This document shows positions 20,601-29,862 of a DNA stretch of 64,000 nucleotides, one piece after another. This DNA is from Clostridia bacterium (lineage in GTDB: Bacteria > Bacillota > Clostridia > UBA1381 > UMGS1253). Each line of letters starts with the position of its first letter. The first letter of the stretch is position 1. A program made the position numbers and the translations under genes. The notes beneath the pieces are model-generated. The model was given only the letters and a program-made list of their open reading frames with translations, was not told the DNA's origin and made no database searches. The DNA lies in NCBI GenBank assembly GCA_045652745.1, contig JAZRUW010000027.1, positions 353-64,352 on the forward strand. The letters are read 5' to 3'.

Positions 20601-22220
20601 ATGCAAAAGGCAAATCAAACCGGAAAAGCCTTTGTGCGCGGTGCGGCCGTGATTGCGGCGGCGCACCTGCTCATCAAGGTGCTTGGCGCGCTGTATAAGA
20701 TACCGCTCGACCGTATGATATTGGGAACGGCAGGGATGGGCATTTACAATGCGGCGTACTATATCTACAATTGGATGTTTGTGATTTCGACTGCCGGACT
20801 TCCGGTGGCCATTTCCAGAATGGTTTCGGCCGCCAATGCAAGAGGGCATTATGCGGAGGCGGAAAAAATCTTTACCGTCTCGGTGCGATTTATGCTTGCG
20901 GTCGGTCTTGCAGGATTTTGCATTTTATTTTTTGGCGCGCCGCTGTTTGCAAAAATGCTCAATGCCGATGCGGCAGGCATGAGTGTTTCGCTTGCCATCC
21001 GTGCGCTGTCTCCGAGTATTTTATTTGTTGCATTGATGTCGGCATGGCGCGGCTACACACAAGGCTTTGGTGCAATGGTGCCTACGGCACTTTCGGAGAT
21101 TGCAGAGGCTGCGGGCAAACTTTGCATCGGTCTGGTGTTGGCGGGCCTTTTGGTACACAACTCTCTGGCTGCAGGAGCGGCAGGCGCCATCGGCGGCGTA
21201 AGCTCTGGCGCTTTTTTAGGATTTTTACTGATTGTGCTTGTCAGCCGCAAGCAACGAAAAGAAGAGAAAATACGTGTGAAGCAGACGGCGGAACTCTTGC
21301 GTTCGGGAAAAGGGATTTTTGCAGAGCTTTTTCGTACAGCTGTGCCGATTACATTGGGCGCATCCGTATTTACCATGACCTCGCTTTTGGATACGGTGAT
21401 GATTTTTCATTTGCTTGAAAAGCTGGGTTTTAGCGAGCAGATGTATTACAGTATGAGCGGATATCTCGGCCGCGCGGTCACGCTGTTTAATCTGGCGCCG
21501 ACGGTGGTGGCGGCATTGGCGGTCAGCGTTGTGCCGGCGCTGTCTGCTGCGCTCGCAGTCGGCGACCGTAAGTCGGCCGCGCAAACCACGCAGTCGGCGC
21601 TCCGTATCACGGTGCTTGTCGCTCTGCCGTGCGCTATTGGTCTTTCTGTGCTGGCGCAGCCGGTGCTATCCTTTATTTATAACGATGCAAGCCATGCATT
21701 TTTATTGAATGTCATGGGGATTGCCGTTGCTTTTGTGACGATGGTGCAGGTGACAAACGCGGTTTTGCAAGCGCATGGCCGTGTCTGGAAACCGGTGTTG
21801 TTTATGGCGGCCGGCGGCGTAGTTAAAGTAATTTTTAACTTTCTGCTGGTGAGTCGACCGTCGGTACATATCTATGGTGCGCCGATTGCAACGCTTTTGT
21901 GTTATGCGACGGTGATGGTGCTCAATTTGATTGAAATCAGACGCATTTCCGGTGTGCGCTATGCGGTGGGGACTTTGCTTGTCAAACCGCTGCTGAGCGG
22001 TCTGGTGATGGGTGCGGTGGCCTTCGGTGTATATACGGGACTGGCCGGCGCACTGGGCAATACGATTGCGCTGTTTTGCGGTATCGGCATTGGCGCGGCG
22101 GTGTATTTTGCAATGTTGCTGCTTTTGCGCGGCATTTTGGCAGAGGATGTGCTTTTGTTGCCGAAAGGCGAGTGGATTTTGCGTATACTGGTAAAATTAC
22201 GTTGGATGGAGGAAAAATAA
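20601..22220 (+). CDS. MurJ/SpoVB/YabM-family polysaccharide or lipid II flippase
   Basis: The N-terminus is ..GAAVIAAAHLLIKVLGALYKIPLDRMILGTAGMGIYNAAYYIYNWMFVISTAGLPVAISRMVS, with about 14 TM helices. It sits at the yabM position upstream of mazG. The start ATG is at 20601. Confidence 0.8.
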   Translation: MQKANQTGKAFVRGAAVIAAAHLLIKVLGALYKIPLDRMILGTAGMGIYNAAYYIYNWMFVISTAGLPVAISRMVSAANARGHYAEAEKIFTVSVRFMLAVGLAGFCILFFGAPLFAKMLNADAAGMSVSLAIRALSPSILFVALMSAWRGYTQGFGAMVPTALSEIAEAAGKLCIGLVLAGLLVHNSLAAGAAGAIGGVSSGAFLGFLLIVLVSRKQRKEEKIRVKQTAELLRSGKGIFAELFRTAVPITLGASVFTMTSLLDTVMIFHLLEKLGFSEQMYYSMSGYLGRAVTLFNLAPTVVAALAVSVVPALSAALAVGDRKSAAQTTQSALRITVLVALPCAIGLSVLAQPVLSFIYNDASHAFLLNVMGIAVAFVTMVQVTNAVLQAHGRVWKPVLFMAAGGVVKVIFNFLLVSRPSVHIYGAPIATLLCYATVMVLNLIEIRRISGVRYAVGTLLVKPLLSGLVMGAVAFGVYTGLAGALGNTIALFCGIGIGAAVYFAMLLLLRGILAEDVLLLPKGEWILRILVKLRWMEEK

Positions 22221-22221
22221 A

Positions 22222-23010
22222 ATGGAGAAGAAAACGTATACAATAGAGGATTTGGTGCACATTATGGAGCGACTGCGCGGCGATGGCGGATGCCCTTGGG
22301 ATGCGGCACAGACGCATGACTCCATCAAGGCCAGTATGATTGAAGAATCTTATGAGGCCATTGACGCACTGGAAAAGGGAGATGATGCGCTGTTTGCCAA
22401 CGAACTCGGAGATTTGCTGCTTCAGGTGGTGTTTCACGCACAAATTGCCAAAGAACGCGGTGCGTTTGATTTGAGCGATGTGCTTTATGAAATTTGCGAA
22501 AAACTCATTTCCCGTCACAGTCATGTATTCGGTTCGGATGCGGCCGAAGATGATGCCGCGGCGCTTTTGACATGGGAGAAAAACAAGCAAAAGGAAAAGG
22601 GACTGAAATCCACCACGGAATCTATGCGCGATGTCATTTCCGCCTTGCCGGCACTCACACGCGCGGCGAAAGTGCAAAAGAAGGCAAAAAATGTCGGCTT
22701 TGACTGGCCGGATGTTTCGGGGGCAATAGAAAAGCTGAAGGAAGAAACGGCGGAACTGGAGGTGGCCATCGCCTCGGGCAAACAGGAAGACATTGAGGAG
22801 GAACTCGGCGATTTGCTGTTTTCTGCGGTCAATATTTCGCGTTTTGTGCAGACGGATGCGGAAGAATCCTTGCGCCACGCAACGGATAAATTTATTGATA
22901 GATTCGCGGTTTTAGAGCATATTGCACAAGAAAATGGCGAAAATTTGTGCAGTTTGCCGCTAGAAACGCTCGAAAGCCTATGGCAACGGGCAAAAATCGA
23001 AAAAAAGTGA
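22222..23010 (+). CDS. mazG: Nucleoside triphosphate pyrophosphohydrolase MazG
   Basis: The protein contains LRGDGGCPWDAAQTHDSIKASMIEESYEAIDA and a tandem EExGDLLF motif. Confidence 0.9.
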   Translation: MEKKTYTIEDLVHIMERLRGDGGCPWDAAQTHDSIKASMIEESYEAIDALEKGDDALFANELGDLLLQVVFHAQIAKERGAFDLSDVLYEICEKLISRHSHVFGSDAAEDDAAALLTWEKNKQKEKGLKSTTESMRDVISALPALTRAAKVQKKAKNVGFDWPDVSGAIEKLKEETAELEVAIASGKQEDIEEELGDLLFSAVNISRFVQTDAEESLRHATDKFIDRFAVLEHIAQENGENLCSLPLETLESLWQRAKIEKK

Positions 23011-23091
23011 AAATTTTTTCGCAAAATAAAAGGATTTTGCAAACGCAAAGCGAAATTTCTAAGTACTATACTTTTTAGGAGGTAATTTACT

Positions 23092-23364
23092 ATGAACAAG
23101 GCTGAACTTATTGCAAATGTAGCTGCAGCTGCTGGCGTATCCAAGACAGATGCTGCAAAAGTACTGGGCGCTCTCGTAGATAACATCACAGACGCACTCA
23201 AGAAGGGTGACAAAGTACAACTCGTTGGCTTCGGTACATTCGAAGTTAGAAAAAGAGAAGCTAGAATCGGTAGAAACCCGCAGACCAAGGCTGAGATCAA
23301 GATCCCGGCTTCCAAGGTTCCGGCATTCAAGGCTGGTAAGGCTCTCAAAGACGCTATTAAATAA
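23092..23364 (+). CDS. hup: HU-family DNA-binding protein
   Basis: The protein reads [11 protein letters not shown]...[48 protein letters not shown]. Confidence 0.95.
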   Translation: MNKAELIANVAAAAGVSKTDAAKVLGALVDNITDALKKGDKVQLVGFGTFEVRKREARIGRNPQTKAEIKIPASKVPAFKAGKALKDAIK

Positions 23365-23380
23365 TTTAGCACAATTGCGG

Positions 23381-23412
23381 ACAACCCCGGCGCTTGCGTC
23401 GGGGTTGTTTTC
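23381..23412 (+). terminator. Terminator after hup
   Basis: The stem is acaaccccg / cggggttgt and is followed by tttt. Confidence 0.7.
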
Positions 23413-23440
23413 ATCAGAGTTATATGTAGCGGAGGATTAT

Positions 23441-23683
23441 ATGCGTTTAGATAAATATTTAAAGGTATCCAGACTCATCAAGCGGCGCGGCGTAGCAAAC
23501 GAAGCGTGCGATACGGGGCGCATCAGCGTCAACGGCAAGGTGTGTAAGGCCTCGTATGCCGTAAAAATCGGCGATGTCATTGAAATTGCCTTCGGCGAAA
23601 AACTGCTTCGCGCCGAGGTGTTGGAAATTCGTGAGCACGTACTTAAAAACGATGCGGCGGCAATGTACAAAATTTTAGACTAA
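23441..23683 (+). CDS. S4-domain RNA-binding protein (YabO type)
   Basis: The protein starts MRLDKYLKVSRLIKRRGVANEACDTGRISVNGK. The start ATG at 23441 follows ggagga. Confidence 0.85.
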   Translation: MRLDKYLKVSRLIKRRGVANEACDTGRISVNGKVCKASYAVKIGDVIEIAFGEKLLRAEVLEIREHVLKNDAAAMYKILD

Positions 23684-23744
23684 ACAGACCATTCCTTTCA
23701 TATATTTGTAAAAACAATATGCAGATATATGGGAGGATTTTTTT

Positions 23745-24020
23745 ATGCCGATGGAGGAAAAGAGAATGCAGCACAGTATGCAACTCGAGGATAGAGCACG
23801 TCTGATTTTGACGGGCGTGGAAGATGTGGAAAGTTTTGATGAGCAGGGGATGGTGATTGAAACTGCGCTGGGTGCGGTCTTGGTCGGCGGAAGCGAGCTT
23901 CGTATACAGCGCTATAATGTCGACAGCGGAGAGCTGTGTATTGAAGGCAATATTGATGAATTGGTCTATCAGGATGCAACCGGTACAAAAAAAGGCCTTC
24001 TCGGCCGTCTGTTCGGGTAA
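23745..24020 (+). CDS. yabP: Sporulation protein YabP
   Basis: The protein contains HSMQLEDRARLILTGVEDVESFDEQGMVIETALGAVLVGGSELRI and sits in the conserved position. Confidence 0.85.
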   Translation: MPMEEKRMQHSMQLEDRARLILTGVEDVESFDEQGMVIETALGAVLVGGSELRIQRYNVDSGELCIEGNIDELVYQDATGTKKGLLGRLFG

Positions 24021-24026
24021 AAGCCC

Positions 24027-24524
24027 ATGGAGGTCAATTTAAATGAGGAGCTTTATGTGTTCGCTATGCTGTTTCTCGGCGGCATAGCGAGCGGTGTGCT
24101 GTGGGATTTGTTTTTGCCGCTTCGCCGCAGGTGCGGTCGCAAACGGCTGACGGTCGGCATTGCTGATTTTTTACTTTGGCTCGTATGGGCGGCAGGAATT
24201 TTTGTTTTAAACCTGACGGTAAATAACGGACAGGTGCGCTGGTTTGCTTTTTGTGCGCTTCTGCTGGGCAGTGTAGTGTACTTTTTGACCATCAGCCGTC
24301 TGCTTCGACCGATTTTTATGTGGCTTTTCGTCGTGGTAGAGAAAATCGTGCGTTTAATTTTGAAAATAGTATTGACTATACTGGCATTTTTGTATAAAAT
24401 AATATCGTATATAATTGTGTTTATACAGCGATTGCTCCAACCGTTTTTGCGGTGGTGGAGAAGGGGTGCATCGCGCATAAAGCGCACGGCCTTACTGACG
24501 AGGCTAGTGCTGAAAAAGAAGTGA
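24027..24524 (+). CDS. yabQ: Spore cortex biosynthesis protein YabQ
   Basis: This is a multi-TM protein following yabP (FLGGIASGVLWDLF). The start could instead be the GTG at 24057. Confidence 0.75.
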   Translation: MEVNLNEELYVFAMLFLGGIASGVLWDLFLPLRRRCGRKRLTVGIADFLLWLVWAAGIFVLNLTVNNGQVRWFAFCALLLGSVVYFLTISRLLRPIFMWLFVVVEKIVRLILKIVLTILAFLYKIISYIIVFIQRLLQPFLRWWRRGASRIKRTALLTRLVLKKK

Positions 24525-24537
24525 GGAGGGCGGCTTC

Positions 24538-24870
24538 ATGGACAGATTGGAAGAAAAAAGAGCAAATCGCATAAACCGCCGCGCCCAAACAGCAAACCGC
24601 GTGCGCTGGGTACTTTTATTGGGGATTGTTGTGTTTGCCCTGGGCTTTCTGGGCGTGAAGTTTTACCGCCAGAGCGCGTTAAATGCAAAACTGGATGAGC
24701 AAATTGCGAGCCTCGAGGAGCAAATTGCCCAGCAGGAAGCGCAAAAAGAGCATTATGACAACTTGACCGAACTATACAAGACGGAGGAATATCAGAAACT
24801 GTTTGCAAAAGAGCGCCTCGGTCTGGTAGAGGAAAATGAAAAAATATTTATTGATGTTTCGGGGCAGTGA
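24538..24870 (+). CDS. divIC: Septum formation initiator (FtsB/DivIC family)
   Basis: The protein has a single TM helix plus a coiled coil (LDEQIASLEEQIAQQEAQKE) and ERLGLV. Synteny supports the call. Confidence 0.8.
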   Translation: MDRLEEKRANRINRRAQTANRVRWVLLLGIVVFALGFLGVKFYRQSALNAKLDEQIASLEEQIAQQEAQKEHYDNLTELYKTEEYQKLFAKERLGLVEENEKIFIDVSGQ

Positions 24871-24941
24871 TTTAGCAGATATAGAGCCTAAGGGGTTCGA
24901 TATACAACAGAGGAGTATCCGCGAAGGAGGACAAACGGTTT

Positions 24942-25391
24942 ATGGCAGTAGAGGTTGGTAGCGTAGTAGAAGGAAAGGTAGTCAGTGTTATGCCTTTCGG
25001 CGCATTTGTCGAGTTAGAGGGGGGCACAAACGGCCTTGTACATATTTCGGAGATTTCGACCGAGTATGTGCAATCGGTGGCAGACCATTTGAAGATCGGC
25101 GATGTGGTGAAAGCCAAGGTCGTGAAAATTGACGAAAGCGGCAAAATCAGCCTTTCGATTAAAAAGCGTATGCTCGATGAGCAGAAGCAAAACCGTAAGC
25201 CGAGAAGCGGCGGTCCGCGTCCGACAGGCGGCGCTGTACGTCCGGCGGATGTCGATTCCTTAAAGAGTGATAATTCGGCTTTGTCCTTTGAGGATTTGAT
25301 GGCCAAATTCAAGTCTGACAGCGATGAAAAACAGCAGGCATTGCGCCGCAGTTCGGATTCGAAACTCAGAAGCGGCTATAAGAGATTTTAA
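24942..25391 (+). CDS. S1-domain RNA-binding protein (YabR type)
   Basis: The protein contains VGSVVEGKVVSVMPFGAFVELEGGTNGLVHISEIS...VKAKVVKIDESGKISLSIK. Confidence 0.85.
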   Translation: MAVEVGSVVEGKVVSVMPFGAFVELEGGTNGLVHISEISTEYVQSVADHLKIGDVVKAKVVKIDESGKISLSIKKRMLDEQKQNRKPRSGGPRPTGGAVRPADVDSLKSDNSALSFEDLMAKFKSDSDEKQQALRRSSDSKLRSGYKRF

Positions 25392-25484
25392 TATATGCAA
25401 AATAGCGAAAGGAATGGCGATGCCATTCCTTTTTGTATATGCGTTTTCAATGCTTCTTTGTGCGAAAATTTTTCGAATTTTTCA

Positions 25485-25513
25485 TTGACAGATGTTTTTT
25501 CTTTTCTTAAAAT
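25485..25513 (+). promoter_or_regulatory. Sigma-A-type promoter upstream of the YaiI-family gene
   Basis: TTGACA (25485-25490), a 17-nt spacer, then TAAAAT (25508-25513). Confidence 0.5.
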
Positions 25514-25530
25514 GAATACGGAGGGATTAC

Positions 25531-25962
25531 ATGAAAATTTTAATTGATGCGGACGGATGTCCGGTGGTACGCGCTTGTGTGCGCATTGCAAAAGAATATC
25601 AAATCGAGTGCGTGATTTACTGCGACAGTGCGCATAAAATGGATATCGACGGGGTGAAAACCGTTACGGTTTCCACCGGTGCAGACAGTGTGGATTTTTA
25701 TCTGGTCAACCAATTGGAAAAGGGCGATATTGTACTGACGCAGGATTACGGCCTGGCGGCGATGTGCCTCGGCAAGGGAGCAAGAGCACTCAATCAGAGC
25801 GGTATGATTTACAGCGACAGTAATATGGATGCGCTTTTGTTTTCGAGATACAGCGCCAAGAAGGCGCGGATGGCGGGCGAGCGCGTGCGAGGCCCGAAAA
25901 AAAGAAAGCCGCTCGACGATGCGGCTTTTGAGACGGCTTTGCGTAAGATGTTAGAAGATTAA
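25531..25962 (+). CDS. YaiI/YqxD-family protein (UPF0178, DUF188)
   Basis: The protein starts MKILIDADGCPV and also contains ..TQDYGLAAMCLGKGA. Confidence 0.8.
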   Translation: MKILIDADGCPVVRACVRIAKEYQIECVIYCDSAHKMDIDGVKTVTVSTGADSVDFYLVNQLEKGDIVLTQDYGLAAMCLGKGARALNQSGMIYSDSNMDALLFSRYSAKKARMAGERVRGPKKRKPLDDAAFETALRKMLED

Positions 25963-26924
25963 ATATATTCAATATCCTGCGCGTGGTGCAGGGGATAGGT
26001 GATAGGCTTGTCCTTATCCAAATCCGCTTTGTGCATGTCTACAGCACGGATACGGCGGTTTTCATAGGTGGTATAATAGTAAATGCCGAGGGCGGTGTTA
26101 CAGCAGGAGCTGTACACCGTTTTTTCGTTCCCGTTTTCCAGACGAACGGTTCCGGCCACCTGAGCAACGCTGTCTAAAATGTGAAAAAATTGCGTGACAC
26201 TTTCTTCTTCGCTTTCGCACGATGCGGAATTGAGCGCAGTAAATGCGGCGCGTACAAAGCGCGACGGGCTCGATACATCTCCCGGCAGACCGAAAGCACC
26301 TAATCCACGGCTGTATCCGCTTTCCGGCAGTGCATCCGTAAGGCGGTTTTCCTGCGGCGCGGCAGACAAATGCGCGTAGGTGCGCAAGTTTGCAATCTGG
26401 AAATCAAACGGCGGTGCGTTGGTTAAAATGCCTACGGGATTTTCGTGGAGATGTACGCCGTCTTGCCTCGGCTCGATAACCAGATTTTCGTGTTCGTCGG
26501 AGAGCATCCAATGTAGTGGGGTGTTCGGCAGGTTGGCGCTGAAAGGCAGATCGACAATTTTCAGTTTTATAAGTTTTTCACGCGCTTCCGCAACGGTGGA
26601 ACATGAGGACATGAGGTAGGAAATCACCTCAAACGGTGCAAGTGCAGGTGCGCTGTCCGGTGTCGGGTAATGTGCGTATTCCGGAAAATTTAAGGCGGCG
26701 ATGCTTAAACCGCGCTCATTGGTGGCATCATAATACAGCGGCGTAGCGTCCGCAATGGTTGCCATGCCGATAAATGCAAGATGGTGCGTGAGCGCAGGCA
26801 GACGGCGAAAGGACAGCGGAAAATCGCGCGGAGTGATTACGACTTGTTCATTATAACTGAATTCCAAATCGAGATTGCGCCCGAAATAATGGTGTTTTGT
26901 TTTGTAATTTACGGCAGTACACAT
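25959..26924 (-). CDS. Choloylglycine (bile salt) hydrolase-family Ntn hydrolase
   Basis: The protein starts MCTAVNY (nucleophile Cys2). It also has GRNLDLE, TNAPPFDFQ and SSPSRFVRAAF, which are hallmark BSH/PVA positions. Confidence 0.85.
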   Translation of the reverse strand: MCTAVNYKTKHHYFGRNLDLEFSYNEQVVITPRDFPLSFRRLPALTHHLAFIGMATIADATPLYYDATNERGLSIAALNFPEYAHYPTPDSAPALAPFEVISYLMSSCSTVAEAREKLIKLKIVDLPFSANLPNTPLHWMLSDEHENLVIEPRQDGVHLHENPVGILTNAPPFDFQIANLRTYAHLSAAPQENRLTDALPESGYSRGLGAFGLPGDVSSPSRFVRAAFTALNSASCESEEESVTQFFHILDSVAQVAGTVRLENGNEKTVYSSCCNTALGIYYYTTYENRRIRAVDMHKADLDKDKPITYPLHHAQDIEYI

Positions 26925-27030
26925 CTGTTTATTTCACCTCGTTTACAGTATGGCTTTTTTGTTGACAACTTATGAAGAATTTTATATACTTATTTGTAGA
27001 ATAAAGTAGAATTTTGCGAGGAGTAAAACG

Positions 27031-28266
27031 ATGGACAGACGAACGGTACACAGACGCGGCAGTTATAAAAATCAAAAAAAGAGCGGCGGTTTTTGGCGGG
27101 GTCTATTGGTGATTGTGCTGATTGGTGTATTGGCTGCGGCGGCGTATTTTGCATGGCCGATGTTTACAGGCGATGCGCCTGAAAAGCCGATTGCTTCGCA
27201 GGACAAGCCGCGGGGGGACAGTGCGGCGGCAAAAGCCGTGCTCGTCGATATGAGTTTAAAAGAAAAGGTGTATCAGATGCTCTTTGTCACACCAGAGTCG
27301 ATTACGGGTGTGGGGCAGGTCGTTGTTGCAGGTGATGCCACACGCGCGGCAATTGAAAGCCAGCCGGTCGGCGGGCTTGCTTATTTTGGACCGAATCTGA
27401 TGTCGCGTGAGCAGGTGCGCGATATGCTATCCGCAACGCAGGGGTATTCAAAAATCGGACTGTTTACGGGTATAGACGAAGAGGGCGGGCGTGTGTCGCG
27501 CCTGACGGAAAATCCTGAGCTTGGGTATACAGCGCTTCCGTCCATGAAAGAAATCGGGGACGGCGGTCAGCCGCAGGCGGCGTATAAACACGGGCAAACT
27601 TTGGCTGAACGCTTGACGGAGCTTGGATTTAATGTGGATTTTGCGCCGGTGACGGATGTGCTGGTGAATTCGGACAATACGGAAATCGGCAACCGAGCCT
27701 TCGGCAAAAATGCAAAAACGGTAGAAACGATGGTGCCTGAGGTGGTATCCGGTCTGCAAGACGGCGGTGTTCGAGCGGTACTCAAGCATTTTCCGGGGCA
27801 CGGCAGTGCGCTTTCGGATTCGCACACGGGGTATACCGAGAGTCTGCGTACCTATGACCAATTGCGCGAAACGGAGTTTTTGCCGTTTGCATCGGGTATC
27901 AAGGCGGGCGCGGATTTTGTGATGGTTTCACATATCACCCTGGTCAATGAGGTGGAAGAAAATGTTCCGGCATCGCTTTCTTATGAGGTCGTGACCGAGT
28001 GGCTCAAAGAAGAACTCGGTTTTGAAGGTATCATTATTACCGATTCGTTTGCGATGGGCGCAATTACCGAGCACTATTCGCAGGCAGAGGCGGCCTTGCT
28101 TGCTGTAAATGCCGGCGTGGATATGATTTTAATTCCGGCGGATGTGACGGCGGTGGCGGATGCGATTATTGACGCTGTGGAAAGCGGAGAAATCGAAGAA
28201 GAACGTATCGATGAAAGTGTACTCAAAATTTTGATGTGCAAAGAAAAAATGGGACTGTTGGAATAA
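27031..28266 (+). CDS. Membrane-anchored glycoside hydrolase family 3 (NagZ-like beta-N-acetylhexosaminidase)
   Basis: The protein has an N-terminal TM helix, then ..IDEEGGRVSRL.., NVDFAPVTDV and KHFPGHG. Confidence 0.8.
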   Translation: MDRRTVHRRGSYKNQKKSGGFWRGLLVIVLIGVLAAAAYFAWPMFTGDAPEKPIASQDKPRGDSAAAKAVLVDMSLKEKVYQMLFVTPESITGVGQVVVAGDATRAAIESQPVGGLAYFGPNLMSREQVRDMLSATQGYSKIGLFTGIDEEGGRVSRLTENPELGYTALPSMKEIGDGGQPQAAYKHGQTLAERLTELGFNVDFAPVTDVLVNSDNTEIGNRAFGKNAKTVETMVPEVVSGLQDGGVRAVLKHFPGHGSALSDSHTGYTESLRTYDQLRETEFLPFASGIKAGADFVMVSHITLVNEVEENVPASLSYEVVTEWLKEELGFEGIIITDSFAMGAITEHYSQAEAALLAVNAGVDMILIPADVTAVADAIIDAVESGEIEEERIDESVLKILMCKEKMGLLE

Positions 28267-28282
28267 ATTAAAAACAAATAAA

Positions 28283-28307
28283 GGCTGAACGGAATTTCCG
28301 TTCAGCC
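28283..28307. terminator. Bidirectional terminator between the GH3 gene and mreB
   Basis: The sequence ggctgaacggaatttccgttcagcc is a near-perfect palindrome flanked by A and T runs. Confidence 0.7.
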
Positions 28308-28321
28308 ATTTTTGTTTGATT

Positions 28322-29377
28322 TTACTTGTCCAAATCGTACATATACGAGCCTTTATCACGCAGAACGTGGAGGTTGTCGAGCGATGCGCCCGTACCTTTC
28401 GCCACGCAGGAGAGCGGGTCGTCTGCAAGGTATACATGAATACCCGTTTTTTCCATAAGCAGTTTATCCAGACCCTCAATCATTGCGCCGCCGCCGGTCA
28501 TTACAATGCCGTTTTCGGCAATGTCGCCCACGAGTTCAGGCGGTGTGCGTTCGAGCACGGAGTGTACGGCATCTACAATCTGCACCGCAACTTCGTCAAG
28601 TGCATCGCGGATGTCTTCGCTGGAAACGGAGATGGATTGCGGCAGACCCGTCAAAAGTGAACGACCGCGGACTTCCATGAAGGTTTCCTTGCCGTTCGGG
28701 TACACACTGCCGATTTCCTTTTTGAGTTCTTCGGCTGTTCTGTCACCGATAACCGCATTAAACTTTTTACGGATGAAACGTACGATGGCATCGTCAAACT
28801 TGTCACCTGCGACTTTGATGGAGGTGCTTACAACGATACCGCCGAGGGAAATAACGGCGATGTCACTTGTACCGCCGCCGATATCTACAACCATACTGCC
28901 GCATGCGCGGGAAATATCAATACCTGCGCCAATGGCCGCTGCAATCGGCTCTTCGATTAAGTAAACCTGTCTGCCGCCGGCCTGCATTGCCGCATCAATT
29001 ACGGCTCTTTCCTCAACTTCGGTAACACCGCTCGGTACGCAAATCATAACTCTCGGCTTAAACAGACGGTTTTTTGTCACCTTACGGATGAAGTACTTGA
29101 GCATCATCTCTGTGGTGGAGTAGTCAGAAATTACACCTTCGCGCATCGGACGTACCGCAGTGATATTACCCGGTGTACGGCCGAGCATTTTCTGCGCTTC
29201 CGTACCGACTGCGTAGAGCTTGCCTGTACCCTTGTCGATGGCAACCACGCTCGGCTCACAAAGTACAATACCTTTGTCCTTGACGTGCACCAAAACCGAA
29301 GCAGTACCTAAGTCGATACCGATGTCGGTGGACATGCCAAACATATTTTTCATTTTAGAAATAAAAGAATTTGCCAT
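28322..29377 (-). CDS. mreB: Rod-shape-determining protein MreB/Mbl
   Basis: The protein contains DIGIDLGTASVLV, EPSVVAID, VVDIGGGTSDIAV and MTGGGAMIEGLDKLL. The RBS is gggagg. Confidence 0.95.
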   Translation of the reverse strand: MANSFISKMKNMFGMSTDIGIDLGTASVLVHVKDKGIVLCEPSVVAIDKGTGKLYAVGTEAQKMLGRTPGNITAVRPMREGVISDYSTTEMMLKYFIRKVTKNRLFKPRVMICVPSGVTEVEERAVIDAAMQAGGRQVYLIEEPIAAAIGAGIDISRACGSMVVDIGGGTSDIAVISLGGIVVSTSIKVAGDKFDDAIVRFIRKKFNAVIGDRTAEELKKEIGSVYPNGKETFMEVRGRSLLTGLPQSISVSSEDIRDALDEVAVQIVDAVHSVLERTPPELVGDIAENGIVMTGGGAMIEGLDKLLMEKTGIHVYLADDPLSCVAKGTGASLDNLHVLRDKGSYMYDLDK

Positions 29378-29548
29378 TCTTCTGCCTCCCGAGGGGATAA
29401 CACCCCAACTCTATCATAGTTATTATATTTATTATATACCATTTCCTGCTTTTGTCAAGTAGAACTCAGCGCGGATTTTGCGCAGGGAAGTTTACATAAC
29501 AACTAAAAACTCACAAAACTATCCTTGCATTTTGAGTTTTCCTCAGAG

Positions 29549-29653
29549 TTATCCACAAAAAACATATGTTCTGCACATAGTTTTCCTTGAAAGTATGCGT
29601 TTTGTGTAAAGTTATCCACATAAGATATGGAAAAACAAAATCGGTTATTCACA
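29549..29653 (+). promoter_or_regulatory. Cluster of three co-oriented DnaA boxes
   Basis: TTATCCACA is at 29549-29557 and 29612-29620, both perfect. TTATTCACA is at 29645-29653, with one mismatch. Confidence 0.6.
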
Positions 29654-29862
29654 TAAAACCGGTTTACATAATGCAAAATGACGGGAAAATTGACGAAGAA
29701 AAGTGCGTAAACTACCTGTAATTAAAATGTAAGAATGAACAAAAATGCAGTTGTATCAACGGTTTGCGAGGAATTGTGCTTCGGACGGGACTTTTCAGGA
29801 TGCAAAAAGTGTGTTATGATACAATTGCTGAGATTTATGGGCTTAAAGAGGGGATGATACAT

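Noticed and set aside
20601-25391. The yabM-mazG-hup-yabO-yabP-yabQ-divIC-yabR block, considered as something unusual.
   Set aside because: This is the well-known conserved gene order of spore-forming Firmicutes. It is ordinary core genome.
29418-29671. Could the DnaA boxes plus the AT-rich tract be the chromosomal origin, oriC?
   Set aside because: There are only three boxes, and no dnaA, dnaN or rpmH nearby. The AT-rich tract is about 110 bp from the nearest box. The region is better treated as a secondary DnaA-box cluster until whole-genome data say otherwise.
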